Positions 7,639 through 16,467 are shown, counted from the first letter of the stretch. The stretch is 17,491 bases of DNA from Candidatus Krumholzibacteriales bacterium (GCA_046483305.1 JAWODM010000033.1:1-17491), one strand, 5' to 3'. Numbers and translations are program-made. Notes: a model not told the origin generated them from the letters alone.

Positions 7639-8646
7639 ATGAAAAGAACAATAACAGTTCTCATGGCGGTATGCTTACTTTCATGTTCAATCCTGGTTTC
7701 CGCACAGGAGAGCGCGCCGGACGGCTTCCACCCCAAATGGATAGGCTGGTTCAGGGCGGGTTACGATTACGATTTCACCGATGAGGCGGTCAGCGGCTTT
7801 AATAATTACACCGCCAGGATAATAGCAAAAGGGAATTACAGCGATAGAATATCGTATCACATTATGACCGAGATGATTAACCAGTCTTCCGCCGATTCGA
7901 GGCCTGTCTTCCTGCAGGGATGGATAGATTATGAAATTTCCGAAAAGCTTTCAGCAAAAATAGGACAGTTTAAATACCCGTTCGGAAGAGATGTTTACGG
8001 GCCCGTAATGGCCTGGAAATTCGCACATCCCTCCTATATAAGCGGTAATATCTCAAAGAAACTTGGAAGAAGCGGGGGCTTCTACAGGGATGCCGGCGTT
8101 CAGCTGACCGGAACTCACAGGGTTAATGAAAAGATGGCTGTATTTACCAGACTGATGGTTATGAACGGTAACGGAATCAACAGAGCCGATGAGAACGGGG
8201 ACAAGGATTTCATCGGCCAGGCGGGGGTCAGGCTGCCCTATAATATAGAGATCGGCGGGTCCTACTTCACCGGGGAGGATGCTTCCTGGGGCGGTGAATC
8301 AGCTTTTAACGGATATTTCATTATGAAGTACAGCCGTATGCACGCGCAGGCCGAATACAGCAGGGCTGTCTATGAGAATAACGGTTACGGAGATATCGAA
8401 CCGGCCGGATTCTACGCTTTCGCCACCTATGAACTCTATCCCCGCGTAGAGGCCGGAGCCAGGTATGACCGTTACGAATCGAACACCAATAATGAAGATA
8501 CCGACAGAGACCGGGTTTCGTTCATGGCGGCATACAATTTTTCGGAGATGACCCGCATTATGTTCAACTACGAGATACCGGGCGGAACCCGTAATGAAGG
8601 CGCTGACGATTTCATGTCCCTGAATTTCTACGTGGTATTTAATTAA
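7639..8646 (+). CDS. Outer-membrane beta-barrel porin, OprO/OprP (phosphate-selective porin)-like
   Basis: GAGGA SD; signal peptide ending VSA-Q; KIGQFKYPFG, RDAGV, NGNG...DENGDKD, GARYDRYE motifs typical of this porin family; amphipathic C-terminal strand ending YVVFN. Substrate not determinable from sequence. Confidence 0.75.
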   Translation: MKRTITVLMAVCLLSCSILVSAQESAPDGFHPKWIGWFRAGYDYDFTDEAVSGFNNYTARIIAKGNYSDRISYHIMTEMINQSSADSRPVFLQGWIDYEISEKLSAKIGQFKYPFGRDVYGPVMAWKFAHPSYISGNISKKLGRSGGFYRDAGVQLTGTHRVNEKMAVFTRLMVMNGNGINRADENGDKDFIGQAGVRLPYNIEIGGSYFTGEDASWGGESAFNGYFIMKYSRMHAQAEYSRAVYENNGYGDIEPAGFYAFATYELYPRVEAGARYDRYESNTNNEDTDRDRVSFMAAYNFSEMTRIMFNYEIPGGTRNEGADDFMSLNFYVVFN

Positions 8647-8754
8647 GCCGGCTGAGCGGTTAGAAGTGGATTATTAATCAATCTGATGCTACAGTTCTTT
8701 TTATACTGTAATGAAATTCCGCGGATCTGAATCTAAAGAGAAGGGGAGTGAATC

Positions 8755-10413
8755 ATGAAAAGGACAGTGGTTTTTCTTGCCGCATCTCTTGTAATAGTAC
8801 TCGCCGGCTGCGCCGATGAAACTGGCCTGGAGGACAGCCAGCTGCAGGAATCTGATATAAAGGCGGCTGAAAAGGTAATAGGGTTGAGCTTCAGCCAGGC
8901 GGAGCGCGATTCCATGCTGGAAGACCTCAGGGATAACCTGAAAAGCTACCGCAGACTGAGAGAGGTTGAGATAGAAAATTCCATCCCGCCCGCTCTGGTA
9001 TTCAATCCTGTTCCGGCCGGCAGAAGCTTCGATCAGCCGCAGAGAAAGATAGTATTCGGCCCGGCTGAAAAGATAACCGTCCCGGAGAATTTTGAAGATC
9101 TGGCATTCTATTCGGTCAGGGACCTGGCGGAGCTTATCAGAACCAGGCAGGTAACCTCTGTTCAGCTTACCGAACTCTGCCTCAGGCGGTTGAAAAAGTA
9201 TGACTCCGAGCTCAAATGTGTTGTTACCCTCACCGAAGATATGGCCATGGAGCAGGCCAGGCGCGCGGATAAGGAGATAGCCGCAGGCAGGTACCGCTCT
9301 CTTCTTCACGGCATACCGTACGGGGTAAAGGACCTTCTGGCTACCAGATATTACAACACCACCTGGGGCGCGGAGCCTTACAGGGATCAGCTGATTGACA
9401 TGGATGCTGTGGTTATAAGAAAACTCGAAGAGGCGGGCGCTGTGATGGTGGCAAAACTTACTCTGGGAGCGCTGGCCTGGGGGGATGTCTGGTACGGCGG
9501 GAAAACCAGAAACCCCTGGAAGACCGGGGAAGGTTCCAGCGGTTCTTCGGCAGGCCCGGCGGCCGCCGTTGCCGCCGGCCTGGTTCCGTTCGCTATCGGA
9601 AGCGAGACCTGGGGTTCCATAGTCTCGCCTTCGACCAGGTGCGGGACTACCGGCCTAAGGCCTACCTTCGGGAGGGTCAGCAGGTCCGGAGCGATGGCGC
9701 TGAGCTGGTCCATGGACAAGATAGGGCCGATCTGCAGAACCGCGGAGGACTGCGCCATAGTGTTCCAGCATATCAGGGGAGGGGAAGGCGAGGATCAGAG
9801 CGTTATCGATCCCGCTTTTAACTATGATTACGATATCAACCTCAGGAACCTCAGGATCGGTTACCTCAGAGGGCTATTCGAGGAGGATTATCCGGGAAGC
9901 GTTAAGGACAGCCTGTTCCTGGAGCAGATGAGAGAACTGGGAGCTCAGCTGATTCCCGTGGAACTTCCGGAATATCCGGTAATGAGCCTCGCTTTCATAC
10001 TCAGCGCCGAGGCTGCGGCCGCTTTTGACGACCTTACCCGCTCGGGAAGGGATGACCAGCTGACCAGACAGGTAAGAAACGCCTGGCCCAACGTTTTCCG
10101 GGCTTCCCGCTTCATCCCCGCGGTGGAGTATATCCAGGCAAACCGGCTCCGTTATATCATAATCCAGGAGATGGAAAAACTTGATGTCGACCTGTATCTC
10201 TCTCCCAGCTTCGGAGGGAATAACCTGCTCCTGACCAATCTGACCGGCCACCCCTGCGTAGTGCTGCCCAACGGGTTCGAGGAGGATGGAACGCCGGTAA
10301 GCGTAACTATCATCGGCAAGCTTTTTGACGAGGCCACCATTCTGGCTGTAGCCAGGCTGTATCAGGAGGCCACCGAATTCGAGGACCGGCACCCGGAAGG
10401 CTTTCTGGAATAG
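8755..10413 (+). CDS. Lipoprotein amidase, amidase-signature (GatA-like) family
   Basis: Lipobox LAGC (Cys19); HGIPYGVKDL (catalytic Lys); GSSGSSAG; GSETWGSI (nucleophile Ser); GLRPTFGRVSR; SMDKIGP; NLTGHP. Confidence 0.93.
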   Translation: MKRTVVFLAASLVIVLAGCADETGLEDSQLQESDIKAAEKVIGLSFSQAERDSMLEDLRDNLKSYRRLREVEIENSIPPALVFNPVPAGRSFDQPQRKIVFGPAEKITVPENFEDLAFYSVRDLAELIRTRQVTSVQLTELCLRRLKKYDSELKCVVTLTEDMAMEQARRADKEIAAGRYRSLLHGIPYGVKDLLATRYYNTTWGAEPYRDQLIDMDAVVIRKLEEAGAVMVAKLTLGALAWGDVWYGGKTRNPWKTGEGSSGSSAGPAAAVAAGLVPFAIGSETWGSIVSPSTRCGTTGLRPTFGRVSRSGAMALSWSMDKIGPICRTAEDCAIVFQHIRGGEGEDQSVIDPAFNYDYDINLRNLRIGYLRGLFEEDYPGSVKDSLFLEQMRELGAQLIPVELPEYPVMSLAFILSAEAAAAFDDLTRSGRDDQLTRQVRNAWPNVFRASRFIPAVEYIQANRLRYIIIQEMEKLDVDLYLSPSFGGNNLLLTNLTGHPCVVLPNGFEEDGTPVSVTIIGKLFDEATILAVARLYQEATEFEDRHPEGFLE

Positions 10414-10436
10414 GCGCCGGCAGGGGAAGGGGAAGA

Positions 10437-11330
10437 ATGTCCAGCGTAAAAGCTTTCATAAACAGGCGGCCGGTAGCGGGAAACATGGTTCTGTGGGTGA
10501 TCGCGGTGGCTATAACCCTGCTCTGCCTGTTGTATCAGGACAAAACCGGCCCGACCTATCCCCTGGAGGGTGAACTGAGGCTCTGCGGCGAAAAGGTCGG
10601 TTACAAATTCCAGAGGAGCGAAACCATTGGCAAATCTCTCAAGGCCGTTCTGGCCGATCCAGTTCCCGGGGGGGCATCCGGGTATGTCCGTTACCGCCGC
10701 TTCAATTCAGATGACCGGTGGGCTGAGACTGAAATGAAGAGAGGCAAATTCGAGATTACCCGGCGGGGGCAGTCTGAAATGGTGGAAGGGATCGGAGCGG
10801 AGCTTCCCAGCCTCAAGGTGCGCGCCGGCAAGTATGAATATTACGTATACCTGAGCTGCGGGGATGAACCTTTCTCGGTAACGGGAGAAGAACCTGTTAT
10901 CGCCAGGTACAAGGGTGAGGTTCCGTCCTGGGCTCTTTTTATTCACATCATAGTGATGTTCGGTTCCATGACGGTGGCTGTCCGCACTCTGCTGGAGGCG
11001 TTGATAGACGGCAGCTACCGTAAGCTTCTCTGGGCTACCGTGATCTCGCTTATTCTGGGAGGTTTCATGTTCGGGCCCCTGGTGCAGTGGTACGCCTTCG
11101 GAGTGTGGTGGGACGGAGCTCCGTTCGGGTACGACCTGACCGACAACAAGGTCCTGATAGAACTTGTCTTCTGGCTGCTGGCCTGTTATATGAACCGCCG
11201 CGGGAGAAGGAGCCGGGGGGCGGTCTACCTTGCGGCGGCGGTTACCCTTATAGTATACTTCATTCCCCACAGCCTGCTGGGTTCCGAGTATAACTACCGC
11301 TCCGGGGCCGGGAGGGGCACTGCCGGTTAG
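10437..11330 (+). CDS. Hypothetical integral membrane protein (1 TM, soluble domain, about 4 TM)
   Basis: 297-aa ORF 23 nt after the amidase stop with a purine-rich SD region; hydrophobic segments at about aa 16-33 and 163-280; motifs KTGPTYP, QWYAFG, WDGAPFGYDLTDNK, FIPHS. Confidence 0.85.
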   Translation: MSSVKAFINRRPVAGNMVLWVIAVAITLLCLLYQDKTGPTYPLEGELRLCGEKVGYKFQRSETIGKSLKAVLADPVPGGASGYVRYRRFNSDDRWAETEMKRGKFEITRRGQSEMVEGIGAELPSLKVRAGKYEYYVYLSCGDEPFSVTGEEPVIARYKGEVPSWALFIHIIVMFGSMTVAVRTLLEALIDGSYRKLLWATVISLILGGFMFGPLVQWYAFGVWWDGAPFGYDLTDNKVLIELVFWLLACYMNRRGRRSRGAVYLAAAVTLIVYFIPHSLLGSEYNYRSGAGRGTAG

Positions 11331-11360
11331 GGCTCTGTTCAAGGAGATGGGATCAGGGAT

Positions 11361-12461
11361 ATGAAAAGAAAGAAGAAAATTCTGCTGATAGGCCCCTTTC
11401 CTCCGCCCATAGGGGGGGATACCGTTCTCACCAGGGATCTTTTCAGAAGCAGACAGTGGAGAGAAAACGGTATGGAAATTATAACCGTCAACACCTCTCA
11501 CTCCGGGGGGGTGAGGCTGCCCGAGGCCAGGATTTCAATATCTGATCTGGCAAGGGCCGTCAGAGTGCTGTTTCAAGTTACCCTGCGGCTGCCCGGTTCG
11601 CGGGCGGTACTTTTCTGGTCCAACCGGCGTTTTCTCTGCACGGCGGGGACCGCAGTTATATACCTCTGTAATCTATTTGGAAAGCCGGTTCTGGTGAAGG
11701 CATTCGGGGGTTCTCTGGGCAAGAGAATCAAGGGGATGAGCAGAAGAGGCAGAAGGTTTGTTACCGGGATGCTCAAAAGGTGCAGGTACGTTCTTCCGGA
11801 GACCGGGGAGCTTACCAGGGAGCTGAAGGAAGATCTGGGGATCCCGCCTTCGCAGGTAAGGATGCTGCCCAACTTCCTGCCGGAAAGATTCTTTGATGAA
11901 GCGAGTCCGGAAAACCGGAGCGGCAAGTTCAGGGGAAGAGCCATTTTCCTTGGCCAGATAAAGAAAGAGAAGGGTGTTTTCGACATAATCAGCGCTCTTT
12001 CCAACAGCCCGCAATACAGCTGTGACTTCTACGGCCCGGTGGCCGACCGGGACAGCGAAGAGTTCGCGGAGAGTCTGGCCGGCGGGAAAAACCTGGAATA
12101 CCGGGGAATTGCCTCCCCGGAAGAGGTCCCGGAGCTGATCAGAAAACATGACGTCCTGCTTCTTCCCACCTGGCACAGCGGCGAAGGGTACCCGGCGGTT
12201 ATCCTCCAGGCCTTCGCCTGCCGGACAGCTGTTGTTGCCTCTGACTGGATGTCGATACCCGACCTGATAGGGGAGGGCCAGAGAGGAATTCTGATACCGG
12301 CGAAGGATCCGGGCGCCCTGCGGAAGGCCCTGGACAAGCTGGCCTCAGGCGAGGAATTAAGGGAAAGAATCATGGAAAATGCCAGAGTTTACGCGCAGAA
12401 GTATTCCGAAAAGAAAATAATAGGGGATATTCTTATTTCAGAGCTGCTGGCGGAGTATTAA
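11361..12461 (+). CDS. Glycosyltransferase family 4 (GT-B)
   Basis: KILLIGPFPPPIGG, LPNF, FLGQIKKEKG, DVLLLPTWHSGEGYPAVILQAF (E-x7-E/Q motif), VVASD...IPDLI, GILIP. Confidence 0.92.
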   Translation: MKRKKKILLIGPFPPPIGGDTVLTRDLFRSRQWRENGMEIITVNTSHSGGVRLPEARISISDLARAVRVLFQVTLRLPGSRAVLFWSNRRFLCTAGTAVIYLCNLFGKPVLVKAFGGSLGKRIKGMSRRGRRFVTGMLKRCRYVLPETGELTRELKEDLGIPPSQVRMLPNFLPERFFDEASPENRSGKFRGRAIFLGQIKKEKGVFDIISALSNSPQYSCDFYGPVADRDSEEFAESLAGGKNLEYRGIASPEEVPELIRKHDVLLLPTWHSGEGYPAVILQAFACRTAVVASDWMSIPDLIGEGQRGILIPAKDPGALRKALDKLASGEELRERIMENARVYAQKYSEKKIIGDILISELLAEY

Positions 12462-13783
12462 CACCTGTCCAGATAACGTTTCTGCTCCCAGTCGGTAACT
12501 GCCATGTCGAATTCATCCAGCTCGCATCTTTTCGCCTGTATGTATTTCCTCAGAAATTCTTCCCCCAGCAGCTCCTCCATGATCGAGCTTTTTTCAAGAT
12601 TGGACAGCGCTTCCCTCAGGGACCCGGGCAGCATTTCGATATCCAGCTCGGCCAGTTCCTCGTCCGATTTAATGTAGACGCTCTCCTGCATCGGATGAGG
12701 CAGCTCCAGCTCCCGCTTTATTCCCTCCAGCCCCGCTTTCAGAATGGCGGCGAATGCAAGATAGGGAGAGGCGCTGGGATCCGGGCATCTGAGCTCAGCC
12801 CTCACCGAGCTCCTCCTCCCCGGAGAAGACTGGGGTATTCTGATAAGGGAGGATCTGTTCTTGCTTCCCCAGCAGATGTACTTGGGAGCCTCGAATCCAG
12901 AGTTAAGCCTCTTGTAGGAGTTTATGGTGGGGTTGGTAAGAGAGACTATCTCGTTTATATACTTCAGCAGCCCGGCTATGAAATACCTGGCCAGCGCCGA
13001 GAGGTTGTTATCGTCGTTCTCGTCAAAGAACAGCGGCGCGCCGTCCAGCGAGAAGAGCGATGAATGAATATGCATGCCGTTGCCCGGCTTCCCGAAGATC
13101 GGTTTGGGCATGAAGGAGGCGATCAGGCCGTATTCGTGAGCGGTCGATTTTATTATCTTCTTGAGCAGCACCACAGTGTCGGCGGTGGAAAGGGCGTCGC
13201 CGTACTTGAAGCCGACTTCGTGCTGGCCGGCTCCCACCTCATGGTGAGCTCGCTCGGAGTCTATGCCGAAGAATTTGAGAGTGCTCATTATCTCTTTTCT
13301 GATATCGCTTCCCAGGTCTTTTTCCGAGCTGTCGAAATATGAACCGGTATCGAAATCGGGGGTGGCGATTGAACCGTCCGCCGATTTCTTGAACAGGAAG
13401 AATTCTACTTCCGGGCCCACATTGAAAAGGTAGCCCATGTCGGCGGCTTCCCTGACCTGCTTCTTTAGTATCGCTCTGGGGTCGCCTTCGAAGACCGTCC
13501 CGTCCGGTTTGAAAATGTCGCACATGAACCGGGCTGTTTTCATATCCTCGTTATCGGCTGGAAGCATCGAGTAGGTATCGATATCCGGTTTCAGGAACAT
13601 GTCGCTCTCTTTTATGCGGGCGTACCCCCTGATGGAGGAACCATCGAACCATATCCCCCTTTCCAGGGCCGCCGCCAGGGCGGAAACCGGTATCTCCAGA
13701 GATTTCAGGGTCCCGAATATATCCGAGAACTCCAGCTCCACGAACTGCACGCCGTCTTCCTTGACTCTTTTGAGAATATCCAT
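12458..13783 (-). CDS. glnA: Glutamine synthetase type I (short GSI-alpha-like, 441 aa)
   Basis: FDGSSI, KESDM, GPEVEFFLF, HHEVGAGQHE, FMPKP, GNGMHIH, NSYKRL, GFEAP, NRSSLIRIP, ELRCPDP; GGAGG SD upstream. Confidence 0.96.
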   Translation of the reverse strand: MDILKRVKEDGVQFVELEFSDIFGTLKSLEIPVSALAAALERGIWFDGSSIRGYARIKESDMFLKPDIDTYSMLPADNEDMKTARFMCDIFKPDGTVFEGDPRAILKKQVREAADMGYLFNVGPEVEFFLFKKSADGSIATPDFDTGSYFDSSEKDLGSDIRKEIMSTLKFFGIDSERAHHEVGAGQHEVGFKYGDALSTADTVVLLKKIIKSTAHEYGLIASFMPKPIFGKPGNGMHIHSSLFSLDGAPLFFDENDDNNLSALARYFIAGLLKYINEIVSLTNPTINSYKRLNSGFEAPKYICWGSKNRSSLIRIPQSSPGRRSSVRAELRCPDPSASPYLAFAAILKAGLEGIKRELELPHPMQESVYIKSDEELAELDIEMLPGSLREALSNLEKSSIMEELLGEEFLRKYIQAKRCELDEFDMAVTDWEQKRYLDRC

Positions 13784-13880
13784 TGTATGCCTCCCGGTAT
13801 GAATATCAAAAATAATAAGATTGCTGTATTCTGATTTGCCTGTAACTGGATGTTTGTGTACAAGGGTATAGCAGGTTCCT

Positions 13881-13908
13881 ATTCTACACTATCCTGAGTA
13901 TTAGTCCA
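13881..13908 (-). promoter_or_regulatory. Possible sigma70-type promoter for glnA
   Basis: Minus strand TGGACT (13903-13908), 16-nt spacer, TAGAAT (13881-13886). Confidence 0.35.
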
Positions 13909-13941
13909 GAAGATTATTCCGGGGGGGCGTATTCCGAAATA

Positions 13942-16284
13942 TCATCTGAGCAGGACCGCTTTGCGGCTGATGGTTCCTCCGGAGGTTTTCAGAGAGTAGA
14001 AGTATATGCCGCTGGAAATATCCAACGGGCGCCAGTCCACAGAGTAGGCGCCGGCATCCATGGTCCGGTTTATCAGCACCTCGACCCTTCTCCCCGTGAT
14101 ATCAAAAACGGACAGTTCGACATGCCCCTGTTTACTGATCGAAAAATCTATTCTGGTGGAGGGGTTGAACGGGTTCGGGATGTTCTGGCCCAGGGCCATC
14201 GGAATGGCCGGATTTGACGCATCGGTTGTTTCATCAACCAGGATGGTATCCCGGTAATGGTTGTAATTATGCAGGGAAATGGTCAGTTCCAGAGAATCCA
14301 CGCCCGCCGGGATAGAATCGGCCAGGTGGATCAGGCTTCGCCCCAGGTTGTCGGAGGCCGCCTTTCCGTAGCAGACCCCATTCCAGTAGAGGGCGGCCAG
14401 GGCCCCTTCGGCTCCGGTCTCCACCGCAAATACAGAATCAGATCTGTTTATATATGCAGAGTGGCTGGCCATGAAATCTGAGGGAGCCGCCGTCCAGCCG
14501 TCCATGGCTGGATCGCCGAGCAGGTTAAGAGTATAAAAGCACCAGCGGTGAGCTCCCGGCTCGTATTCATCGGGAAGGTCTATGAAGGGTACGGTTTCAT
14601 CCCTGGATCTTGAGTTAGCCCCGCCCAGTGTAGTTATCCCCTCTGCGAAGGCAGCGTCGAAAAACTCCCGCTGAAAATGATGTGAAGGGCCGTTGGTGGT
14701 TCCCTCGGTGAACCATCCGTACCTGGAGTTGGCAAGGATGGCGGAGGCGCAGTTATCTATGACCACGAATTTCTCGGCTATGCACTGGTCGTTGTCGAAA
14801 GCTCCGGTGTAGCACCCATAGGTATATACGATGGGGAAACCGCTGTTGATGCCGTTATTCTGGAAGTTGCCGTTGGTTACGTACATCGAGCTCAGCTTCA
14901 TCACATAACTGCTGTTGGCATGGCCGGAATGGGCAAGCCAGTTGGTCCCCGAATTGAAGGCGGCGAATACATCCGTTTTGTCCCAGCTCCCGTCCCGGTC
15001 GTAATATCTGCTGATACTGAAATCCGGGGGTATCCCTTCGGTAAAGAATCCGTAAGCCGAGCAGGTATCTACCAGCTGGTCCATCTCATCGCCGCCGTAG
15101 GTGAGCGGGTCGCTGTAGAGATACTCCCCGAACAGGGACGCGGTTTCAATCTCCGGTATTACCGGCTTTTCCTGATACATCATGGTTTTATTTATGAAGG
15201 CGGCAACCTGGTGAGAGCTGTCCACCGGCGCTCTTCCCACCGCCAGTTCGGAATAGAAATCTTCTTCGCCGGGCTCGCCCCAGTAGGCGTCTCCGTCCCC
15301 GTTCCAGCTGCCGTCAAGATTGGAGAAGTACAGATCTGAAGGGATGTTGGTGTCCTGTATGATACTGGACGACTCCACCATGCAGTAGAGACCCCGGTAG
15401 GGAACCCCTGCGGTTCCGTCTCCGTCGCTGTCTCCCGCCAGCAGAACGTGGGTTATGGGGTGCTGGTTATACTGGTCTATGATGGCATTTCTGACCTTTT
15501 CCGCCCTGTCGATTCCGCTGTAGCCGGTCTCGATATCCTCAACTGTCATGATTGAGGTGAGAAAGCCTCTGCGGTTATAGAAATCAGCCAGTTCGGAGAA
15601 GTCGTTCTCCAGCGCGGCGGTGGTTATGATCAGGTAGCGGTAATCGCTTTCGGAAGATGCCGCCCGGAAATACAGATCCTCCGGGTTATCCACCAGTTTT
15701 TTCAGCCGCTCCAGGGTGGCCCGGTCGAATTTGGGGTCTGAGGCGGCAGCGGTGGATGACGGTTCAGTAGTTATGATAAGTTCGATATTGCGGTAGTAAC
15801 CCGCTTCTCCGGTGCCGGCGTTGTATCCCACCGGGCAGACGGTTCCGGTGGCGATAGGATGGCCTCGCAGATAATGGGTGCTGAAATTACCTGCCGGAGG
15901 GAATATCCATTTATCGGCGCTGTAAGAGGAGCTTTTCATGAGAAAGCTTCCGCCTCCGCTGTTGCCCGGCCCGGACGTTCTGGGAACCTGCATGGGATAG
16001 AGGCGGCAGCCGGCCTGGAGTTTTCTCCACCCTGATTTTCTGACCCTGACATCCTTTACCTCCCGGCCCCGGCCGAGCAGGAGCTGGACCTTGCGGTAGG
16101 GGACGCTCGGTTCGCCCGGTTTTCCAGCCTGAATGGCGTCCGGAAAGATGATTCGTGAAAATCCTTCCGGATCTGTCTTTAACTCCGGGGGATCGAATCT
16201 GAGAACCGTTCTGATCTCCGCACCCGAAACTGACAGAGGTATCAGGATGGCCGCCAGAAGAAGCAGGAGCGTCCTGGATTTCAT
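13942..16284 (-). CDS. Secreted C25 (gingipain-like) cysteine peptidase with propeptide and C-terminal T9SS-type/FlgD-Ig-like domain
   Basis: Signal peptide; GKPGEPSVP propeptide motif; YLIIT, HVLLAGD, SDLYFSNLD, ELAVGRAPV; catalytic His (HSGHA) and Cys (YGCYTG); NLLGDP; C-terminal QNIPNPFNPSTRIDF...FDITGRRV...SSGIYFY...KAVLLR. AAGGA SD upstream. Confidence 0.92.
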   Translation of the reverse strand: MKSRTLLLLLAAILIPLSVSGAEIRTVLRFDPPELKTDPEGFSRIIFPDAIQAGKPGEPSVPYRKVQLLLGRGREVKDVRVRKSGWRKLQAGCRLYPMQVPRTSGPGNSGGGSFLMKSSSYSADKWIFPPAGNFSTHYLRGHPIATGTVCPVGYNAGTGEAGYYRNIELIITTEPSSTAAASDPKFDRATLERLKKLVDNPEDLYFRAASSESDYRYLIITTAALENDFSELADFYNRRGFLTSIMTVEDIETGYSGIDRAEKVRNAIIDQYNQHPITHVLLAGDSDGDGTAGVPYRGLYCMVESSSIIQDTNIPSDLYFSNLDGSWNGDGDAYWGEPGEEDFYSELAVGRAPVDSSHQVAAFINKTMMYQEKPVIPEIETASLFGEYLYSDPLTYGGDEMDQLVDTCSAYGFFTEGIPPDFSISRYYDRDGSWDKTDVFAAFNSGTNWLAHSGHANSSYVMKLSSMYVTNGNFQNNGINSGFPIVYTYGCYTGAFDNDQCIAEKFVVIDNCASAILANSRYGWFTEGTTNGPSHHFQREFFDAAFAEGITTLGGANSRSRDETVPFIDLPDEYEPGAHRWCFYTLNLLGDPAMDGWTAAPSDFMASHSAYINRSDSVFAVETGAEGALAALYWNGVCYGKAASDNLGRSLIHLADSIPAGVDSLELTISLHNYNHYRDTILVDETTDASNPAIPMALGQNIPNPFNPSTRIDFSISKQGHVELSVFDITGRRVEVLINRTMDAGAYSVDWRPLDISSGIYFYSLKTSGGTISRKAVLLR

Positions 16285-16366
16285 TGATTATCCTTTCATT
16301 CGCCGGTCTATGAATATCACCCGCATGGGCTGAAATATATCGATATCGGCGCATTGCCAGTATGTT

Positions 16367-16395
16367 ATTATAACACATATTAAGGCAATTATAAA
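16367..16395 (-). promoter_or_regulatory. Extended -10 sigma70 promoter for the C25 peptidase
   Basis: Minus strand TTTATA (16390-16395), 17-nt spacer ending TG-T, then perfect TATAAT (16367-16372). Confidence 0.6.
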
Positions 16396-16438
16396 GGCCG
16401 GGACAACTTGGCTGAGTATGGCGGTTCAGGCATTTGTT

Positions 16439-16467
16439 TTGCCCGGGCAAGGCAATTGTGTTAGAAT
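16439..16467 (+). promoter_or_regulatory. Extended -10 sigma70 promoter for the radical SAM gene
   Basis: TTGCCC (16439-16444), 17-nt spacer ending TG-T, TAGAAT (16462-16467); AGGAG SD just before ATG 16498. Confidence 0.6.

Noticed and set aside
8755..10413. Calling the amidase gatA
   Set aside because: It has a lipoprotein signal, no adjacent gatB, and diverges from the GatA-specific GSDTGGSIRQPA motif.
11347..11364. Mini-ORF MGSGI overlapping the GT4 start
   Set aside because: The AGGAG abuts its ATG with no spacing, so initiation is unlikely; probably chance.
10707..11501. 264-aa minus-strand ORF
   Set aside because: Antisense to two supported + strand genes, with no recognisable domain.
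13784..13941. GlnR/TnrA, NtcA, NrpR or sigma54 site, or glutamine riboswitch, upstream of glnA
   Set aside because: No correctly spaced TGTNA-N7-TNACA, GTA-N8-TAC, GGAA-N6-TTCC or TGGCAC-N5-TTGC motif was found by eye; TGTA...TACA is present only with a 14-nt spacer.
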